Assembly: GCA_002314875.1 (NCBI GenBank)
Contig: DCHS01000002.1
Location: 1,115-65,114, forward strand
Reading direction: 5' to 3'
From: Prevotellaceae bacterium UBA1746
Lineage (GTDB): Bacteria; Bacteroidota; Bacteroidia; Bacteroidales; Bacteroidaceae
DNA length: 64,000 bases
This document shows, piece after piece, positions 1 to 9,486 of the stretch (its first letter is position 1; each line of letters opens with the position of its first letter). A model generated the notes under the pieces. That model had not been told where the DNA came from. It searched no databases and was given only the letters and a program-made list of their open reading frames with translations. The translations under genes were made by a program, and so were the position numbers.

Positions 1-623
1 ACTTCAATGCCGAGACCGACGAGGAACGCGCCATCGCCCTCAAACGCCATGTGGAAAGCGTCCGGAATCACGTCGACGGCCTCAGTGCGAAAAAATACTA
101 CAAATACATCAGCGGCGAACGCCAAACCGTGGACTTCGTCGTTATGTATATGTACAGCGACAGTGCCCTGCAACTCGCTCTTTCTTCATCTCCCACCCTT
201 TGGGAAGATGCCGCAAAAAAGGGGGTACTCATCACCGGAAGCCATAACCTTTATATGATGCTCCGTATCGTGCAGATGAGCTGGGACCGTATGCATCAGG
301 CTGAAAATGTCCAGAAAATTATGGAACAGGCCAACAGCATCGTACAGCGTGTTCAAGACTTTTACACCCGTCTTCTCGAAGTTGAAGAAGGATTCAAAAA
401 GACGCAGAAAGCCTTCGATAGCCTGAAAGTAACCACGGGTCCTCAAGGACGCAGTATCATTACCGCTGCTCACCAGTTGATAGCTTATGGTGCCAAAGAA
501 GATCGCGCCAACAAAAAGCGACGCAGATTACCCTCTGAAACAAAACAGGAAAACGGCGAGGAAGACGAACTTCTCCTCGAAAATGGTGAGAATGCAAAGA
601 GCACTGACGAAACCATCGAGTAA
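1..623 (+). CDS. rmuC: DNA recombination protein RmuC (C-terminal part, truncated by window edge)
   Basis: Frame is open from the window start. Motifs SVRNHVDGLSAKKY, DFVVMY and LRIVQMSW..QAENVQKI are typical of the RmuC C-terminal half. Confidence 0.85.
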   Translation, partial: FNAETDEERAIALKRHVESVRNHVDGLSAKKYYKYISGERQTVDFVVMYMYSDSALQLALSSSPTLWEDAAKKGVLITGSHNLYMMLRIVQMSWDRMHQAENVQKIMEQANSIVQRVQDFYTRLLEVEEGFKKTQKAFDSLKVTTGPQGRSIITAAHQLIAYGAKEDRANKKRRRLPSETKQENGEEDELLLENGENAKSTDETIE

Positions 624-692
624 AAATTATTATTTTTAACCGTTCGTGCTTTTTTGTTGCGTTGTTTTTAGGTTATTCTCAACAAAAAACAG

Positions 693-700
693 TAAATTTG
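693..700 (+). promoter_or_regulatory. Bacteroidetes sigma70 -7 element for purL
   Basis: TAAATTTG matches TAnnTTTG, about 100 bp upstream of purL. Confidence 0.65.
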
Positions 701-803
701 CACCCGAAACAAAAGCAGGGCCTTCCCAAAAGCATTGGAAAGGCCCCTTGCTGATGTTCTTTCCGATAGATAATTACGAATCTACCAAATATCATTTTCA
801 TTT

Positions 804-3800
804 ATGATTCTCTTTTTCCGTACCCCTGCCGAGAGCATCATCGCCACTGGCGTTGATCATCAGCTCTCCGCTGACGAAGTTAAAGAACTCTGCTGGCTCT
901 ATGGTCAGGCCTCTCTTCTTGACGAGACCGAACTGAAGGGCTGGTTTGTTGGCCCCCGCCGCGAAATGATTACTCCTTGGAGTACCAATGCCGTTGAGAT
1001 TACTCAGAATATGGGTCTCAGCGGCATTGTGCGTATTGAGGAGTACTTCCCCGTTGCCTCTGAGGATGCTGAGTATGACTCCATGCTCCAGCGTATGTAC
1101 AACGGTATTAATCAGGAAGTTTTCACGGTAAAGCACGATCCCGCACCCATCATTAGTATCGAGAATCTCGAAGAGTACAACGAGCAGGAAGGTCTTGCTC
1201 TCTCTCCCGAGGAAATCGAATACCTTCATAAGGTGGAAGGCCAGTTAGGCCGTAAGCTCACAGACTCTGAAGTCTTCGGTTTTGCTCAGATTAACTCCGA
1301 GCACTGCCGTCACAAGATCTTCGGAGGAACCTTCGTCATCGACGGTGAAGAGAAGGAGTCTTCCTTGTTCTCCATGATCAAGAAGACCACCCAGGAGAAC
1401 CCCAATAAGATTCTTTCTGCTTACAAGGATAATGTGGCGTTCTCCGAAGGTCCTGTCATTGAACAGTTTGCTCCCGCTGACCACTCAAAGCCTGACTACT
1501 TCCGTACCAAGGAAGTTAAGAGCGTTATCTCTTTGAAGGCAGAAACTCACAACTTCCCCACCACTGTTGAGCCTTTCAACGGTGCCGCAACAGGTACTGG
1601 TGGTGAAATCCGCGATCGTATGGGTGGTGGTGTAGGTAGCTGGCCCATTGCTGGTACTGCTGTTTACATGACCTCCTACCCCCGTAAGGAAAGTGGTGTT
1701 CAGTCTTGGGAACAGAATCTCCCCGAGCGTCCCTGGCTTTACCAGACACCCGAACAGATCCTCATCAAGGCTTCCAATGGTGCTTCCGACTTCGGTAACA
1801 AGTTCGGCCAGCCGCTGATCTGCGGTTCTGTGCTGACGTTCGAACACAACGAAGTTGCTGCCAACGAACGCTATGCTTACGACAAGGTTATCATGCTCGC
1901 CGGTGGTGTCGGTTATGGTACTCAGCGCGACTGTCTCAAGGGTGAGCCTCAGCCCGGCAATAAGATTGTCGTCATGGGTGGTGAAAACTACCGCATCGGC
2001 CTCGGTGGTGGTAGCGTAAGTTCTGTTGAAACCGGCCGCTACAGCAGCGGTATCGAACTCAATGCCGTTCAGCGTGCAAATCCTGAAATGCAGAAGCGTA
2101 CCTACAATGTCGTTCGTGCACTTTGTGAGGAAGACGAGAACCCCATTGTTTCCATCCATGATCACGGAAGCGCAGGTCATGTGAACTGTCTCTCCGAACT
2201 CGTTGAAGAATGTGGTGGTCTCATCCACATGGACAAACTCCCCATTGGTGACAAGACTTTGAGCGCCAAGGAAATCATCGCTAACGAGAGCCAGGAACGT
2301 ATGGGTCTCCTTATCGATGAAAAGGCGATTGAGCACGTTCAGAAAATTGCAGATCGCGAACGTTCTCCGATGTATACCGTCGGTGAAACTACCGGCGATG
2401 CTCGTTTTGCCTTCGAACAGGCTGACGGTATTCGTCCCTTCGATCTCGCTGTAGAGCAGATGTTCGGTTCTTCTCCCAAGACCATCATGGAAGATAAGAC
2501 CGTCGTTCGTAAATATGAAGTGGCAACTTATTCAGAAAGCAAAGTTGACGAATATCTCAAGGACGTTCTCCAGTTGGAGGCTGTGGCTTGTAAGGATTGG
2601 TTGACCAACAAGGTGGACCGCTGTGTCTCTGGTCGTGTTGCTCGTCAGCAGTGCCAGGGTGAACTTCAGTTGCCTCTTTCTGACTGTGGCGCTGTAACTC
2701 TCGATTATAGAGGCAAGAAGGGTATCGCTACCGCTATTGGTCATGCTCCTCAGGCAGCATTGGCTGATCCTGCTGCTGGTAGTGTTCTTTCTGTTGCAGA
2801 AAGCCTTACCAACCTCGTTTGGGCTCCGATGGCTGAAGGTCTTGACAGTGTTTCTCTCTCCGCTAACTGGATGTGGCCCTGCCGCGCCCAGGAAGGTGAA
2901 GATGCACGTCTTTACACCGCAGTCAAGGCCCTCAGTGATTTCTGTTGTGCACTTCAGGTAAATGTTCCTACCGGTAAGGACTCTCTTTCCATGACGCAGA
3001 AGTACCCCAATGGTGACAAGATTATCAGCCCGGGTACCGTTATCGTCAGTGCTGGTGGTGAAGTGAGCGACATCCGCAAGATTGTCAGCCCCGTCATGAA
3101 GAACGTTGCCAAGAGCCGTTTCTACCACATCGATTTCTCTTTCGATGAACTCCAATTGGGTGGTTCTGCTCTTGCTCAGACTCAGGGTAAGGTCGGAAGC
3201 GATGTTCCTACCGTCCAGAATCCTGAATACTTCCGCGATGCCTTCCTCGCTGTACAGCAGCTTGTAGAAGAAGGTCTCCTTCTTGCAGGTCATGACATCT
3301 CTGCCGGTGGTCTCGTTACTACCCTCCTTGAGATGTGCTTCGCCAATACAAAGGGCGGTATCAGCGTGAACCTCGACAAGTTTAAGGGTACCGACCTCAT
3401 CCGTGGTCTCTTCGCTGAAAATCCCGGTGTTGTTATTCAGGTAACGGACGAGAACAGCCACCGCGTGAAGAAGATCCTCGACGATGCAGGCGTAGGTTAT
3501 GTAAAGATTGGTGTTCCTCAGACCGAACGCACCCTCAGCGTGGCTATGGCAAACCGTCATTTCGAATTCGATATTGATGAAATGCGTGCCGTTTGGTACA
3601 ACACTTCTTACCTCCTCGATCGTCGTCAGAGTTTCCATGGCAAGGCAGAAGAGCGCCGTGATAACCTTGGCAAACTTCCCGTTGAACTCCACTTCGGCAA
3701 GGAATTCACTGGCAAGCTCGCTCAGTGGGGCCTCAACCCAGACCGTAAGGAAGCAAGCGGTATCCGTGCTGCCGTTATCCGCGAAAAGGGAACAAACTCC

Positions 3801-4529
3801 GAGCGCGAAATGGCCTATGCTTTCTGGCTTGCCGGATTCGATGTGAAGGATGTTACGATGACAGACCTTATCACCGGTCGCGAAACCCTTGATGATGTCA
3901 ACCTCATCGCATTCTGCGGTGGTTTCTCCAACTCCGATGTTCTTGGCAGTGCCAAGGGCTGGGCTGGTGCTTTCCTCTTTAATGAAAAGGCTAAGGCTGC
4001 ACTCGACCGCTTCTATGCACGTCCTGACACCCTCAGTTTCGGCGTCTGCAATGGTTGCCAGCTGATGGTTGAACTCGGTCTTTTGAACCACGATCACGCA
4101 GTTACTGATGCCCGCGATTACGCTCAGATGCTCCATAATGACAGCCACAAGTTTGAGTCTGCTTTCGTCAGCCTCGCTATCCCCGAGAATAACAGCGTGA
4201 TGTTTGGCGCGCTCAGCGGCTATAAGATTGGTACATGGGTTGCTCATGGTGAAGGTAAGTTCAACTTGCCTCTCGACGAAAGTGAGTACAATGTTGTCGC
4301 TAAGTTCAACATGAGCGGCTATCCTGCTAATCCCAATGGTTCCAGCTACGATGTGGCTGCCATCGCCAGCAAAGACGGTCGTCATCTCGCTATTATGCCC
4401 CACCCCGAACGTACCATCTTCCCCTGGCAAAGCGGTTTCTATCCCCAGGATCGTGTCCTGACTGACGATGTTACACCTTGGATGGTAGCCTTCGTTAGTG
4501 CTCGCAAGTGGATTGAGGCTCACAAGTAA
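804..4529 (+). CDS. purL: Phosphoribosylformylglycinamidine synthase (large-type PurL)
   Basis: 1241 aa with NSEHCRHKIF, KAETHNFPT, GAATGTGGEIRD, and glutaminase motifs GVCNGCQ and MPHPER. Confidence 0.98.
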   Translation: MILFFRTPAESIIATGVDHQLSADEVKELCWLYGQASLLDETELKGWFVGPRREMITPWSTNAVEITQNMGLSGIVRIEEYFPVASEDAEYDSMLQRMYNGINQEVFTVKHDPAPIISIENLEEYNEQEGLALSPEEIEYLHKVEGQLGRKLTDSEVFGFAQINSEHCRHKIFGGTFVIDGEEKESSLFSMIKKTTQENPNKILSAYKDNVAFSEGPVIEQFAPADHSKPDYFRTKEVKSVISLKAETHNFPTTVEPFNGAATGTGGEIRDRMGGGVGSWPIAGTAVYMTSYPRKESGVQSWEQNLPERPWLYQTPEQILIKASNGASDFGNKFGQPLICGSVLTFEHNEVAANERYAYDKVIMLAGGVGYGTQRDCLKGEPQPGNKIVVMGGENYRIGLGGGSVSSVETGRYSSGIELNAVQRANPEMQKRTYNVVRALCEEDENPIVSIHDHGSAGHVNCLSELVEECGGLIHMDKLPIGDKTLSAKEIIANESQERMGLLIDEKAIEHVQKIADRERSPMYTVGETTGDARFAFEQADGIRPFDLAVEQMFGSSPKTIMEDKTVVRKYEVATYSESKVDEYLKDVLQLEAVACKDWLTNKVDRCVSGRVARQQCQGELQLPLSDCGAVTLDYRGKKGIATAIGHAPQAALADPAAGSVLSVAESLTNLVWAPMAEGLDSVSLSANWMWPCRAQEGEDARLYTAVKALSDFCCALQVNVPTGKDSLSMTQKYPNGDKIISPGTVIVSAGGEVSDIRKIVSPVMKNVAKSRFYHIDFSFDELQLGGSALAQTQGKVGSDVPTVQNPEYFRDAFLAVQQLVEEGLLLAGHDISAGGLVTTLLEMCFANTKGGISVNLDKFKGTDLIRGLFAENPGVVIQVTDENSHRVKKILDDAGVGYVKIGVPQTERTLSVAMANRHFEFDIDEMRAVWYNTSYLLDRRQSFHGKAEERRDNLGKLPVELHFGKEFTGKLAQWGLNPDRKEASGIRAAVIREKGTNSEREMAYAFWLAGFDVKDVTMTDLITGRETLDDVNLIAFCGGFSNSDVLGSAKGWAGAFLFNEKAKAALDRFYARPDTLSFGVCNGCQLMVELGLLNHDHAVTDARDYAQMLHNDSHKFESAFVSLAIPENNSVMFGALSGYKIGTWVAHGEGKFNLPLDESEYNVVAKFNMSGYPANPNGSSYDVAAIASKDGRHLAIMPHPERTIFPWQSGFYPQDRVLTDDVTPWMVAFVSARKWIEAHK

Positions 4530-4548
4530 TTCATCTTTTTCATAAAAT

Positions 4549-4587
4549 AATTTCAGCGCGGTGTGTTTGCATCGCGCTGAAATTTTC
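4549..4587 (+). terminator. Intrinsic terminator after purL
   Basis: AATTTCAGCGCG...CGCGCTGAAATT stem followed by T residues. Confidence 0.75.
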
Positions 4588-4805
4588 TACAATCTGAACT
4601 AAAGTATAATCCAATCTGGACTATAATATTAAAGGTGTAGTCGAAAATGAGAATGGCATTTTCTTTTGCTGTATTCGTACGCTAATCATGTGCGATTTCC
4701 CATAAAATGCAGTCTGGAGAAAACAAAAACAAAAGAAAAACTAAGAAAAATGCAGTTTTTTTGAAAAAATTGCAAGATTCGTTTGGTCGTTTCAGAATTC
4801 CGCCG

Positions 4806-4813
4806 TACTTTTG
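4806..4813 (+). promoter_or_regulatory. -7 element for tRNA-Pro
   Basis: TACTTTTG with an upstream TTTG (-33) at 4782-4785. Confidence 0.7.
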
Positions 4814-4866
4814 CACTCGCTAAAACGGAAACGCGAAAGCAATTTCGGTTAGCATCCTCCAAGAAT

Positions 4867-4940
4867 CGGGGTGTGGCGCAGTTGGTTAGCGTACGCGTCT
4901 GGGGGGCGTGTGGTCGCTGGTTCGAGTCCAGTCACCCCGA
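4867..4940 (+). tRNA. tRNA-Pro (GGG)
   Basis: Acceptor stem CGGGGTG/CACCCCG, D arm TGGCGCAGTTGGTTAGCGT, anticodon loop CT-GGG-GG, T loop GGTTCGAGTCC. CCA is not encoded. Confidence 0.95.
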
Positions 4941-4946
4941 CTCTAC

Positions 4947-4984
4947 AATAAGCAGTAACTCTCAAAGTTGCTGCTTATTTTTTT
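4947..4984 (+). terminator. Intrinsic terminator after tRNA-Pro
   Basis: AATAAGCAGTAACT/AGTTGCTGCTTATT stem plus T run. Confidence 0.8.
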
Positions 4985-5279
4985 GCACTTTTCAAGACTA
5001 TTTCCGGTTGGTCATTTTTTCCGAAATTCCTCTCTCGCTTTTGTATTAAAAACCAAGAAAAATACACCGCCAAAAGTTACTTCTTTTAACGTTTATTTTC
5101 AGCTGTTTATCATAAATGATACTCTTTTTGCGCCCACAAGATTACAAACGCGCGCATAAAGGGTCCTTTACTTTGTAAATTAACAATAAAAATTTGCTAA
5201 AACGGAGGGGATTAATTATTTTTGCATACGATTTCCAACAACAATTCACAAGATTACAAATCAACTAAAATACAGAAGA

Positions 5280-5948
5280 ATGAAAAAGTTTCTTTCCGCA
5301 GCAATCTTGATGTTTGCTTGCTCTTTGGGAAATGCATTTGCACAGATTCCTTCCGTTAACCTTCGCACCGTAGAAGGCAAGACCATCGACACCGCAACTT
5401 TGAACAACGATGGAAAACCTTTCATCATCAGTTTCTTCGCAAGCTGGTGCAAGCCCTGCAACCGCGAACTTGACAATATTGCCGAAAAGTATGAAGAATG
5501 GCAGGAAGAAACTGGCGTTAAGCTCATCGCTGTCAGCATCGATGAAGGCCAGAATGCCCAAAAGGTAAAGCCCTTCATTGACAACCACGGCTGGGAATAC
5601 GAAGTCATCCTTGATCCCAACAGCGATTTCCGTCGCGCTCTCGGCGTTCCCATGATTCCCCACACTTTCGTTATCGATGGCAATGGCCAGATTGCCATGA
5701 GCCACAACGGTTATACCGAAGGCTCTGAAGAAGAAGCAATCGAAAAGGTTCGCGAACTTCTCGCTGCTGCTCCCAAGGCTGCTCCTGCTGAAGGCGAGTG
5801 CTGCAAGGAAAAGGCAGAAGGCGAATGCTGCAAGGAAAAGGCAGAAGGCGAATGCCACAAGACCGAAGGATGCGAAGCAAATGGCGAATGCAAGAAAGCT
5901 GAAGGCCAGTGCTGCAAAGAAAAGGCTAACAACGAAACCTCTAAGTAA
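5280..5948 (+). CDS. TlpA/ResA-family periplasmic thioredoxin-like protein with Cys-rich C-terminal tail
   Basis: Signal peptide (AFA-Q), FFASWCKPC active site, cis-Pro motif MIPHT, and AEGECCKEK repeats in the tail. Confidence 0.9.
   Translation: MKKFLSAAILMFACSLGNAFAQIPSVNLRTVEGKTIDTATLNNDGKPFIISFFASWCKPCNRELDNIAEKYEEWQEETGVKLIAVSIDEGQNAQKVKPFIDNHGWEYEVILDPNSDFRRALGVPMIPHTFVIDGNGQIAMSHNGYTEGSEEEAIEKVRELLAAAPKAAPAEGECCKEKAEGECCKEKAEGECHKTEGCEANGECKKAEGQCCKEKANNETSK
5787..5925 (+). repeat. 27-bp coding tandem repeat (AEGECCKEK)
   Basis: GCWGAAGGCGARTGCTGCAAGGAAAAG twice, followed by degenerate copies. Confidence 0.9.
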
Positions 5949-5951
5949 AGC

Positions 5952-7745
5952 ATGAATTATCGCAAAGCAGCAGCGCTCTCAATTTTGATGGGCGCTGCGC
6001 TCTCAATTTTTGCCCAAACTACCGGCGCCAACTCTGACAACGAGTGGAAGAAGTGGCGTTTTACCGGCTCCGTTCAGAGCGATGTACTCGTTCCTCAGGA
6101 CGATGACGTTATCGGTACTGAAAAAACGGACAATTGGGCCCTTACGAATACCTACGTTCAATTAGGTGTTATCAACAAGTACATCGAGGCTGGTGCCCGT
6201 CTCGAGTTTAACGAATACCCTCTCCCTGGCTTTGAAAAAGACTTTAAGGGTTGGGGCGTTCCTTTTTACTATGTAAAGGGTAACTACAAAGGCTTCGAAC
6301 TTACTGCTGGTACTTTCTACGAACAATTCGGTTCTGGTCTCATCCTCCGTACTTACGAGGAGCGCAGCCTTGGTGTAGATAACAGCCTCCGTGGTGGTCG
6401 CATTATGATCGACGCACTCAAGGGTGTACGTTTCAAGGCCCTCGCTGGTCAGCAGCGTCGCTACTGGGAGACCAATGACGCCTGGATTTATGGTGCTGAC
6501 GTGGAACTCAGTTTCCACGACTGGTTCCCCAAGATGCAGGAAAACAATACTGCCTTCACCATTGGTGGTAGTTGGGTAACCAAGCAGGAAGATAGTGAAA
6601 ATATCGGTAAGACGGTAAGCCTGCCAGTTTATGGCGAGGACGGTAAGCCCGCTACTACCCTTGACGAATCAGGAAATGAAATTCCCGTCGTTGTTCCTGG
6701 CATGCAGAATCTCAATCTTCCCAGCGCAGTAGGAAGTTTCGATGTTCGTGCTAACCTTCGTAAGGGCAACTACTCTTTCCTTGCTGAATACGCTCAGAAG
6801 AGTCAGGATCCTTCCTTTGATAATGGCTATATCTATCACACAGGTCGTGCACTGCTCCTCACTGGTAGCTACTCCAAGCGCGGTATGAGCCTCTTGGCTC
6901 AAGTTAAGCGCTCTGAAGATATGAGTTTCCGCAGCCGTCGTTCTATGAACCTCACTTCGAGCTTCATCAACCACCTCCCTGCGTTCACTCCTCAGCAGAC
7001 CTACAGCCTCGCTACCATTTATCCCTACGCTACCCAGAATGTTCCCGGTGAATGGGCCTTCCAGACAGAAGGTGCTTATACCTTTAAGAAGAAGACTGCT
7101 CTCGGTGGTAAATATGGTACCACAATCAAGGCAACATTCAGCCATGTTCGTAGCATTGACGACCAGACTGACTACTTCGAAGCTTTGAAGAACGACAAGC
7201 CCAGCCTCTACGGTACTGAAGGAATTGACAGTAAGTTCTTTAAGATGGGTGATACCAAGTACTATCAGGAATTCACCTTCGATATCGAAAAGAAGCTTTC
7301 CAAGAAGTTCAAGCTGAACCTCAAGTATTTGAACCAGCACTACAACAAGACCGTTGTAGAAGGTGAAGGTGGTATGATCAAGGCCAACATCGGTATTGCC
7401 GAAGGCAAGTGGAATATCAACAAAAAGTATGCTCTCCGTTGTGAAGCCCAGTATCTTCATACCAATCAGGATCAGAAGGACTGGTACTTCGGCCTTGTTG
7501 AGTTCAATATGCTCCCCCACTTCATGTTTACCTTGAGTGACCAGTTCAACGCACACGTCCTTGATGCTGCAGGCGAAGAACACAAGGTTCATTATTATCA
7601 GGCTCTCGTAACCTTCACCCAGAAGTCTCACCGTCTCTCTGTTGGTTATGGAAAGACCCGTGCCGGTTACAACTGTTCAGGTGGCGTTTGCCGCTATGTC
7701 CCCGCCCAGAAGGGTCTCACCGCTTCTTATACGTATAACTTTTAA
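5952..7745 (+). CDS. Outer-membrane beta-barrel protein, DUF6029-like
   Basis: Signal peptide, GTFYEQFGSGLILRTYEER motif, C-terminal YNCSGGVCRYVP and terminal YxYxF barrel signature. Confidence 0.8.
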   Translation: MNYRKAAALSILMGAALSIFAQTTGANSDNEWKKWRFTGSVQSDVLVPQDDDVIGTEKTDNWALTNTYVQLGVINKYIEAGARLEFNEYPLPGFEKDFKGWGVPFYYVKGNYKGFELTAGTFYEQFGSGLILRTYEERSLGVDNSLRGGRIMIDALKGVRFKALAGQQRRYWETNDAWIYGADVELSFHDWFPKMQENNTAFTIGGSWVTKQEDSENIGKTVSLPVYGEDGKPATTLDESGNEIPVVVPGMQNLNLPSAVGSFDVRANLRKGNYSFLAEYAQKSQDPSFDNGYIYHTGRALLLTGSYSKRGMSLLAQVKRSEDMSFRSRRSMNLTSSFINHLPAFTPQQTYSLATIYPYATQNVPGEWAFQTEGAYTFKKKTALGGKYGTTIKATFSHVRSIDDQTDYFEALKNDKPSLYGTEGIDSKFFKMGDTKYYQEFTFDIEKKLSKKFKLNLKYLNQHYNKTVVEGEGGMIKANIGIAEGKWNINKKYALRCEAQYLHTNQDQKDWYFGLVEFNMLPHFMFTLSDQFNAHVLDAAGEEHKVHYYQALVTFTQKSHRLSVGYGKTRAGYNCSGGVCRYVPAQKGLTASYTYNF

Positions 7746-7759
7746 AGGTAATCAGAAAC

Positions 7760-8572
7760 ATGAAGAAACTTGCATTTTTAGCGCTGGCCCTCATGACGCT
7801 GACTGCCTGCGAAACAATCGAAGAAAACGAACGCTGGACTGATGCAAAGCCCATCGAAATGAAGAAGAACGTGCTTGTAGAAGACTTTACCGGCCAAAAC
7901 TGCGTAAATTGTCCTACTGCAGCCGCAATGCTTCATACTTTGATGAGCACCAGCATGGGCGAGCACATTATTGCTGTCAGCATCCATGGTGGCGCGATGA
8001 GCCTCAGCTGTGAAAAACAGGTTCAAGGCCTTGCTACTGCTCTTGGCGAAGAATACAATACTCATTGGGGCGTAACCGCTTGGCCCTCTGGCATGATTGA
8101 CCGTAAAGGTGGCCTCAAAGACTATACTTCCTGGACCTCTGCTATTGCAGAATGCGGAACTCAGGAACCGAAGATTAGTCTTGGTGTAAATGTCTCTTAC
8201 AATGCAGATAGTCGTAAACTCGAAGTAAAAGCTACCTCCACAGAAAACGAAAACGGCGCTCTTTCTGGTAGCAAACTCACCGTATGGCTTACTGAAAGCA
8301 ACATCACTGCTATGCAGATGCTTCCCAGCGGTACCCGTGATATGTCTTATGTTCACAGCCATGTTCTTCGCGATGCACTCACCGAGGCATACGGTGATGA
8401 CTTCGGTTCCAAGGAATGGACAAAGACCTATGAAATCCCTATGGGATACGGCAAGGCTGCATTCAACGAGAAGTATTACTGCAAACCTGAAAATATGGCC
8501 GTCGTTGCCTTCGTTTCTGATAAGAACGGCGAGGTCCTTCAGGTTGTTGATGTTCCCGTTGTAAGCAAATAA
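7760..8572 (+). CDS. Omp28-family outer-membrane lipoprotein (thioredoxin-like fold)
   Basis: Lipobox LTAC, VLVEDFTGQNCVNCP, YVHSHVLRD. Confidence 0.88.
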   Translation: MKKLAFLALALMTLTACETIEENERWTDAKPIEMKKNVLVEDFTGQNCVNCPTAAAMLHTLMSTSMGEHIIAVSIHGGAMSLSCEKQVQGLATALGEEYNTHWGVTAWPSGMIDRKGGLKDYTSWTSAIAECGTQEPKISLGVNVSYNADSRKLEVKATSTENENGALSGSKLTVWLTESNITAMQMLPSGTRDMSYVHSHVLRDALTEAYGDDFGSKEWTKTYEIPMGYGKAAFNEKYYCKPENMAVVAFVSDKNGEVLQVVDVPVVSK

Positions 8573-8643
8573 AATAATTAAGATTCAACCAAAGCAGTTT
8601 GGTTTGGTTGAATCCAATACTTGAAATAACAAACAATTATCAT

Positions 8644-9243
8644 ATGAAGAAACTTTACTCTCTTATCCTCATGGCATTGGTTGCTGTAAGCGCTAATGCA
8701 CAGATTGCTTTAACCTACAAGGGCGAAACCGTTGACCCCAGCCAGACCCTCAACGTTTATGCAGAAGAAGAAAACTACGGTGACGAGACCGATCCTTTTA
8801 TTGTCGTTGAGTGCGGTATAAAAGAACCTCTCGTTGTAAATACAAGTTCTTCCACTTTATCCGTAACGGCCAAGGTAACTACGTCAGATTGGAAAGTCAT
8901 GCAGTGGTGTTTTGGTGGTTCTTGTAAAAAAATGCAAGAAAGTACTATGACCGTAAGCAATGTTAATATTGCAGCAGGAGCTTCTACTGCCCTTTGGCTT
9001 GAACCTTCATTTGAAGAAGGAGGATTTGCTACCTATACTGCAAAGGTTGAGTTTACTGTGAGCGGTAAAACTACCGTTTACAATATTAATTTTGTCTATG
9101 ATGAAAGCTGCACCCTTGGCATAAAGAATACTAGCATCAGTACTGCAAACAGCACTATCTTCGACCTTACCGGCCGCGCAATAAAGAATCCTATGAACGG
9201 TCAGATCTACATCCAGAATGGCCGCAAGTTCATTCAAAAATAA
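8644..9243 (+). CDS. Small secreted protein with T9SS-type C-terminal sorting domain
   Basis: Signal peptide MKKLYSL..ANA-Q, WCFGGSC motif, C-terminus IFDLTGR..IYIQNGRKFIQK. Start moved to the ATG at 8644. Confidence 0.8.
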   Translation: MKKLYSLILMALVAVSANAQIALTYKGETVDPSQTLNVYAEEENYGDETDPFIVVECGIKEPLVVNTSSSTLSVTAKVTTSDWKVMQWCFGGSCKKMQESTMTVSNVNIAAGASTALWLEPSFEEGGFATYTAKVEFTVSGKTTVYNINFVYDESCTLGIKNTSISTANSTIFDLTGRAIKNPMNGQIYIQNGRKFIQK

Positions 9244-9247
9244 TCTC

Positions 9248-9281
9248 AAAAGCCCCCTTTCCCAAACGGAGAGAGGGCTTT
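9248..9281 (+). terminator. Probable intrinsic terminator
   Basis: AAAGCCC..TTTCC/GGAGA..GGGCTTT stem directly after the stop codon. Confidence 0.55.
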
Positions 9282-9340
9282 AAGGTTGAAATTGCAACCT
9301 AAAGGAAACAACACAAGGCTAATCTACAAGTATACATGCG

Positions 9341-9397
9341 TGTAACAAGATTATCACAAGTCTGAAACCGCAATGAAATAAATGAGAAGTACTTTTG
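9341..9397 (+). promoter_or_regulatory. Promoter of TonB locus: -7 element preceded by four 11-bp-spaced degenerate heptamers
   Basis: TACTTTTG at 9390. TGTAACA, TATCACA, TGAAACC and TGAAATA start at 9341, 9352, 9363 and 9374. Confidence 0.55.
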
Positions 9398-9486
9398 CAG
9401 CGTTTAAGAGAAAACTTTGATTATTTCAAACTGTATCCCTAAGATTATCTAAATCAAATACAACATATTATTAATTTATTAAATCT

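Noticed and set aside
714-807. Hairpin and short ORF (MFFPIDNYESTKYHFHL) in the purL leader as a purine riboswitch or leader peptide
   Set aside because: No purine, ZTP or PRPP aptamer consensus recognised, and the ORF start context is poor.
2532-4523. Long antisense ORFs, also 12694-14109, 17955-19157 and 47084-48409
   Set aside because: They shadow well-identified sense genes with strong codon bias and show no recognisable protein motifs.
4591-4634. AATCTGAACTA/AATCTGGACTA repeat at 22-bp spacing
   Set aside because: Only two short imperfect copies in AT-rich DNA, too weak to call.
4783-5049. 88-aa ORF
   Set aside because: It overlaps tRNA-Pro and its terminator.
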